A stretch of 64,000 bases of DNA. Source: Eledone cirrhosa. Its lineage: Eukaryota. The notes beneath the pieces were generated by a model. That model had not been told where the DNA came from. It saw only the letters and a list, made by a program, of their open reading frames with translations, and did not search any database. A program made the position numbers and the translations under genes. The stretch covers positions 110,918,001-110,982,000 of the forward strand of contig OZ024744.1 in NCBI GenBank assembly GCA_964016885.1. The letters run 5' to 3'. This document shows, piece after piece, positions 60,491 through 64,000 of this stretch. The number at the start of each line of letters is the position of its first letter. Within the stretch, counting starts at the first letter, position 1.

Positions 60491-63400
60491 GTAAAACTAA
60501 ACAATCCACTATAACTTACATTGCCCTGAACACAGTAAAATTACACAAACCACTATAAATTACCTTGCCCGGAACACAGTAAAACTACACAATCCACTAT
60601 AGTTTACCTTGCCCTGAACACAGTAATACTACACAATCCACTATAAATTACCTTGCCCTGGACACAGTAAAACTACACAATCCACTATAACTTACCTTGC
60701 CCTGGACACAGTAAAACTACACAATCCACTATAACTTACCTTGCTCTGAACACAGTAAAACTACACGATCCACTATACCTTAACTTGGCCTGAACACAGT
60801 AAAACTACACAATCCACTATAGCTTACATTGCTCTGAACACAGTAAAGCTACACAATCCATTATAGCTTACCTTGCCCTGAAAACAGTGGAACTACACAA
60901 TCCACTATAAATTACCTTGCTCTGAACACAGTAAAACTACACAATCCACTATAACTTACCTTGCTCTGAACACAGTAAAACTACACAATCCACTATAACT
61001 TACCTTGCTCTGAACACAGTAAACTACACAATCCACTATAACTTACTTTGCCATGAACACAGTAAAACTACACAATCCACTATAACTTACCTTGCACTGA
61101 ACACAGTAAAACTACACAATCCACTATAGTTTACCTTGCCCTGAACACAGTAAAACTACACAATCCACTATAACGTACCTTGCCCTGAACACAGTAAAAC
61201 TATTTAATTCACTATAACTTACCTTGCTCTGAACACAGTAAAACTACACAATCCACTATACCTTACCTTGCCCTGAACACAGTAAAACTACACAATCCAC
61301 TATAGCTTACATTGCTCTGAACACAGTAAAACTACACAATCCACTATAAATTACCTTGCTCTGAACACAGAAAAACTACACAATCCACTATAACTTACTT
61401 TGCCATGAACACAGTAAAACTACACAATCCACTATAACTTACCTTGCACTGAACACAGTAAAACTACACAATCCACTATAACTTACCTGGCCCTGAACAC
61501 AGTAACACTACACAATCAACTATAACTTACCTTGCTCTGAACACAGTAAAACTACACAATGCACTATAACTTACTTTGCCATGAACACAGTAAAACTACA
61601 CAATCCACTATAACTTACCTTGCTCTGAACACAGTAAAACTACACAATCCACTATACCTTACCTTGCCCTGAACACAATAAAACTACACAATCCACTATA
61701 ACTTACCTTGCTCTGAACACAGTAAAACTACACAATGCACTATAACTTACTTTGCCATGAACACAGTGAAACTACACAATCCACTATAACTTACCTTGCC
61801 CTGAACACAGTAAATCTACATAATCCACTATAGTTTACCTTGCCCTGAACACAATAAAACTACACAATCCACTATAAATTACCTTGCCCTGAAAACAGTA
61901 GAACTACACAATCCACTATAAATTACCTTCCTCTGAACACAGTAAAACTACACAATCCACTATAACTTACCTTGCTCTGAACACAGTAAAACTACACAAT
62001 CCACTATTACTTACCTTGCCCTGAACACAGTAAAACTACACAATCCACTATTACTTACCTTGCCCTGAACACAGTAAAACTACACAATCCACTATAGTTT
62101 ACCTTGCCCTGAAAACAGTAAAACTACACAATCCACTATAAATTACCTTGCTCTGAACACAATAAAACTACACAATCCACTATAACTTAACTGGCCCTGA
62201 ACACAGTAAAACTACACAATCCACTATAACTTACCTTGCCCTGAACACAGTAAAACTACACAATCCACTATAACAAACATTGCCCTGAACACGGTAAAAC
62301 TACACAAACCACTATCAATTACCTTGCCCTGAACACAGTAAAACTACATAATCCACTATAGTTTACCTTGCCCTGAACACAATAAAACTACACAATCCAC
62401 TATAAATTACCTTGCCCTGAAGACAGTAAAACTACACAATCCTCTATAACTTACCTTGCTGTGAACACAGTAAAACTACACAATCCACTATGCCTTACCT
62501 TGCCCTGAACACAGTAAAACATCACGATCCACTATTACTTACATTGCTCTGAACACAGAAAAACTACACAATCCACTATAACTTACTTTGCCATGAACAC
62601 AGTAAAACTACACAATCCTCTATAACTTACCTTACTGTGAACACAGTAAAACTACACAATCCACTATGCCTTACCTTGCCCTGAACACAGTAAAACTACA
62701 CAATCCAAACTATAACAAACATTGCCCTGAACACGGTAAAACTACACAAACCACTATAAATTACCTTGCCCTGAACACAGTAAAACTACATAATCCACTA
62801 TAGTTTACCTTGCCCTGAACACAATAAAACTACACAATCCACTTTAAATTACCTTGCCCTGAACACAGTAAAACTACACAATCCACTATAACGTACCTTG
62901 CCCTGAACACAGTAAAACTACTTAATTCACTATAACTTACCTTGCTCTGAACACAGTAAAACTACACAATCCACTATACCTTACCTTGCCCTGAACACAG
63001 TGAAACTACACAATCCACTATAACTTACCTTGCCCTGAAGACAGTAAAACTATATAATCCACTATAGCTTACCTTGCCCTGAACACAGTAAAACTACACA
63101 ATCCACTATAACTTAACTGGCCCTGAACACAGTAAAACTACACAATCCACTATAAGTTACCTTGCTCTGAACACAGTAAAACTACACAATCCACTATAAC
63201 TTACCTTGCTCTGAACACAGTAAAACTACACAATCCACTATAACTTACCTTACCCTGAACACAGTGAAACTACACAATCCACTATAACTTACATTGCCCT
63301 GAACACAGTAAAACTACACAATCCACTATAACTTACATTGCCCTGAACACAGTAAAACTACACAATCCACTATAACTTACCTTGCTCTGAACACAGTAAA

Positions 63401-64000
63401 ACTACACAAACCACTATAACTTAACAGGCCCTGAACACAGTAAAACTACACAATCCACTATAACTTAACTGACCCTGAACACAGTAAAACTACACAATCC
63501 ACTATAACTTAACTGGCCCTGAACCCAGTAAGACTACACAATCCACTATAACTTACCTTGCTCTGAACACAGTAAAACTACATGATCCACTATAACTTAC
63601 CTTGCCCTGAGCACAGTAAAACTACACAAACCACTATAACTTAACTGGCCCTGAACACAGTAAAACTACACAATCCACTATAACTTACCTTGCCCTGAAC
63701 ACAGTCAAACTACACAATCCACTATAACTTAACTGGCCCTGAACACAGTAAAACTACACAATCCACTATAACTGAACTGGCCCTGAACACAGTAAAACTA
63801 CACAATCCACTATAAGTTACCTTGCTCTGAACACAGTAAAACTACACAATCCACTATAACTTACCTTGCCCTGAACACAGTAAACTACACAATCCACTCT
63901 AACTTACCTTGCCCAGAACAAAGTAAAACTACGTATTCCACTATACCTTACCTTGCCCTGAACACAGTGAAACTACACAATCCACTATAACTTACCTTGC

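Larger units (their letters stand above)
1..64000. repeat. 44-bp satellite DNA tandem array, ~1,455 monomers, extends beyond both window edges
   Basis: Consensus CCCTGAACACAGTAAAACTACACAATCCACTATAACTTACCTTG recurs head-to-tail from base 1 (units start at 1, 44, 88, ...) to 64,000. Most monomers differ from consensus by a few substitutions, with occasional 43- or 45-bp units. No interruption or inversion seen. Confidence 0.99.

Noticed and set aside
1-64000. CRISPR array
   Set aside because: No unique spacers: the whole 44 bp repeats with only point variation, and there are no cas genes or leader.
1-64000. Unspliced repetitive-protein CDS on either strand
   Set aside because: 44 is not a multiple of 3, and each consensus monomer has stops in two frames on both strands (+: TGA, TAA, TAA; -: TAA, TAG, TAG), so any frame closes within about two monomers.
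1-64000. Telomeric repeat or G-quadruplex array suggested by the C-rich/G-rich strand skew
   Set aside because: No short telomere motif, and only one GGG per 44 bp on the minus strand.
1-64000. Assignment to a named satellite family or a CENP-B box
   Set aside because: I do not recognise the monomer. The consensus lacks the CpG-containing CENP-B box core, and a database search would be needed.
1-64000. Whole array as an assembly or sequencing artefact
   Set aside because: Ordered, shared rare variants and copy-private SNPs form a coherent duplication hierarchy, unlike random error. Individual copy numbers still need read support.

Overview
All 64,000 bases are one uninterrupted, single-orientation tandem array of a 44-bp monomer, consensus CCCTGAACACAGTAAAACTACACAATCCACTATAACTTACCTTG (about 1,455 copies, ~39% GC, only 3 G per monomer on the + strand, no CpG in the consensus). 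It reads as eukaryote-type satellite DNA; I cannot name the family or organism. I saw no gene, RNA gene, transposon or CRISPR array. Diagnostic variant monomers reveal nested higher-order repeats (HORs) whose period changes along the window: 2,724 bp; ~2.95-2.99 kb with an internal 879-bp duplication; 3,604 bp; 2.5-3.0 kb; and 4,790 bp with a +1,232 and a -1,755 variant. There is also a 529-bp ectopic patch. The most striking signal is on the minus strand: the consensus monomer parses exactly as a 6-nt microexon (GGCAAG) plus a 38-nt GT-AG intron with a perfect donor (AAG|GTAAGT) and a pyrimidine-rich acceptor (TTTTACTGTGTTCAG|G). Whether this is functional cannot be told from sequence, and common variants destroy the sites. 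Marker offsets were counted by hand; HOR block boundaries are approximate.
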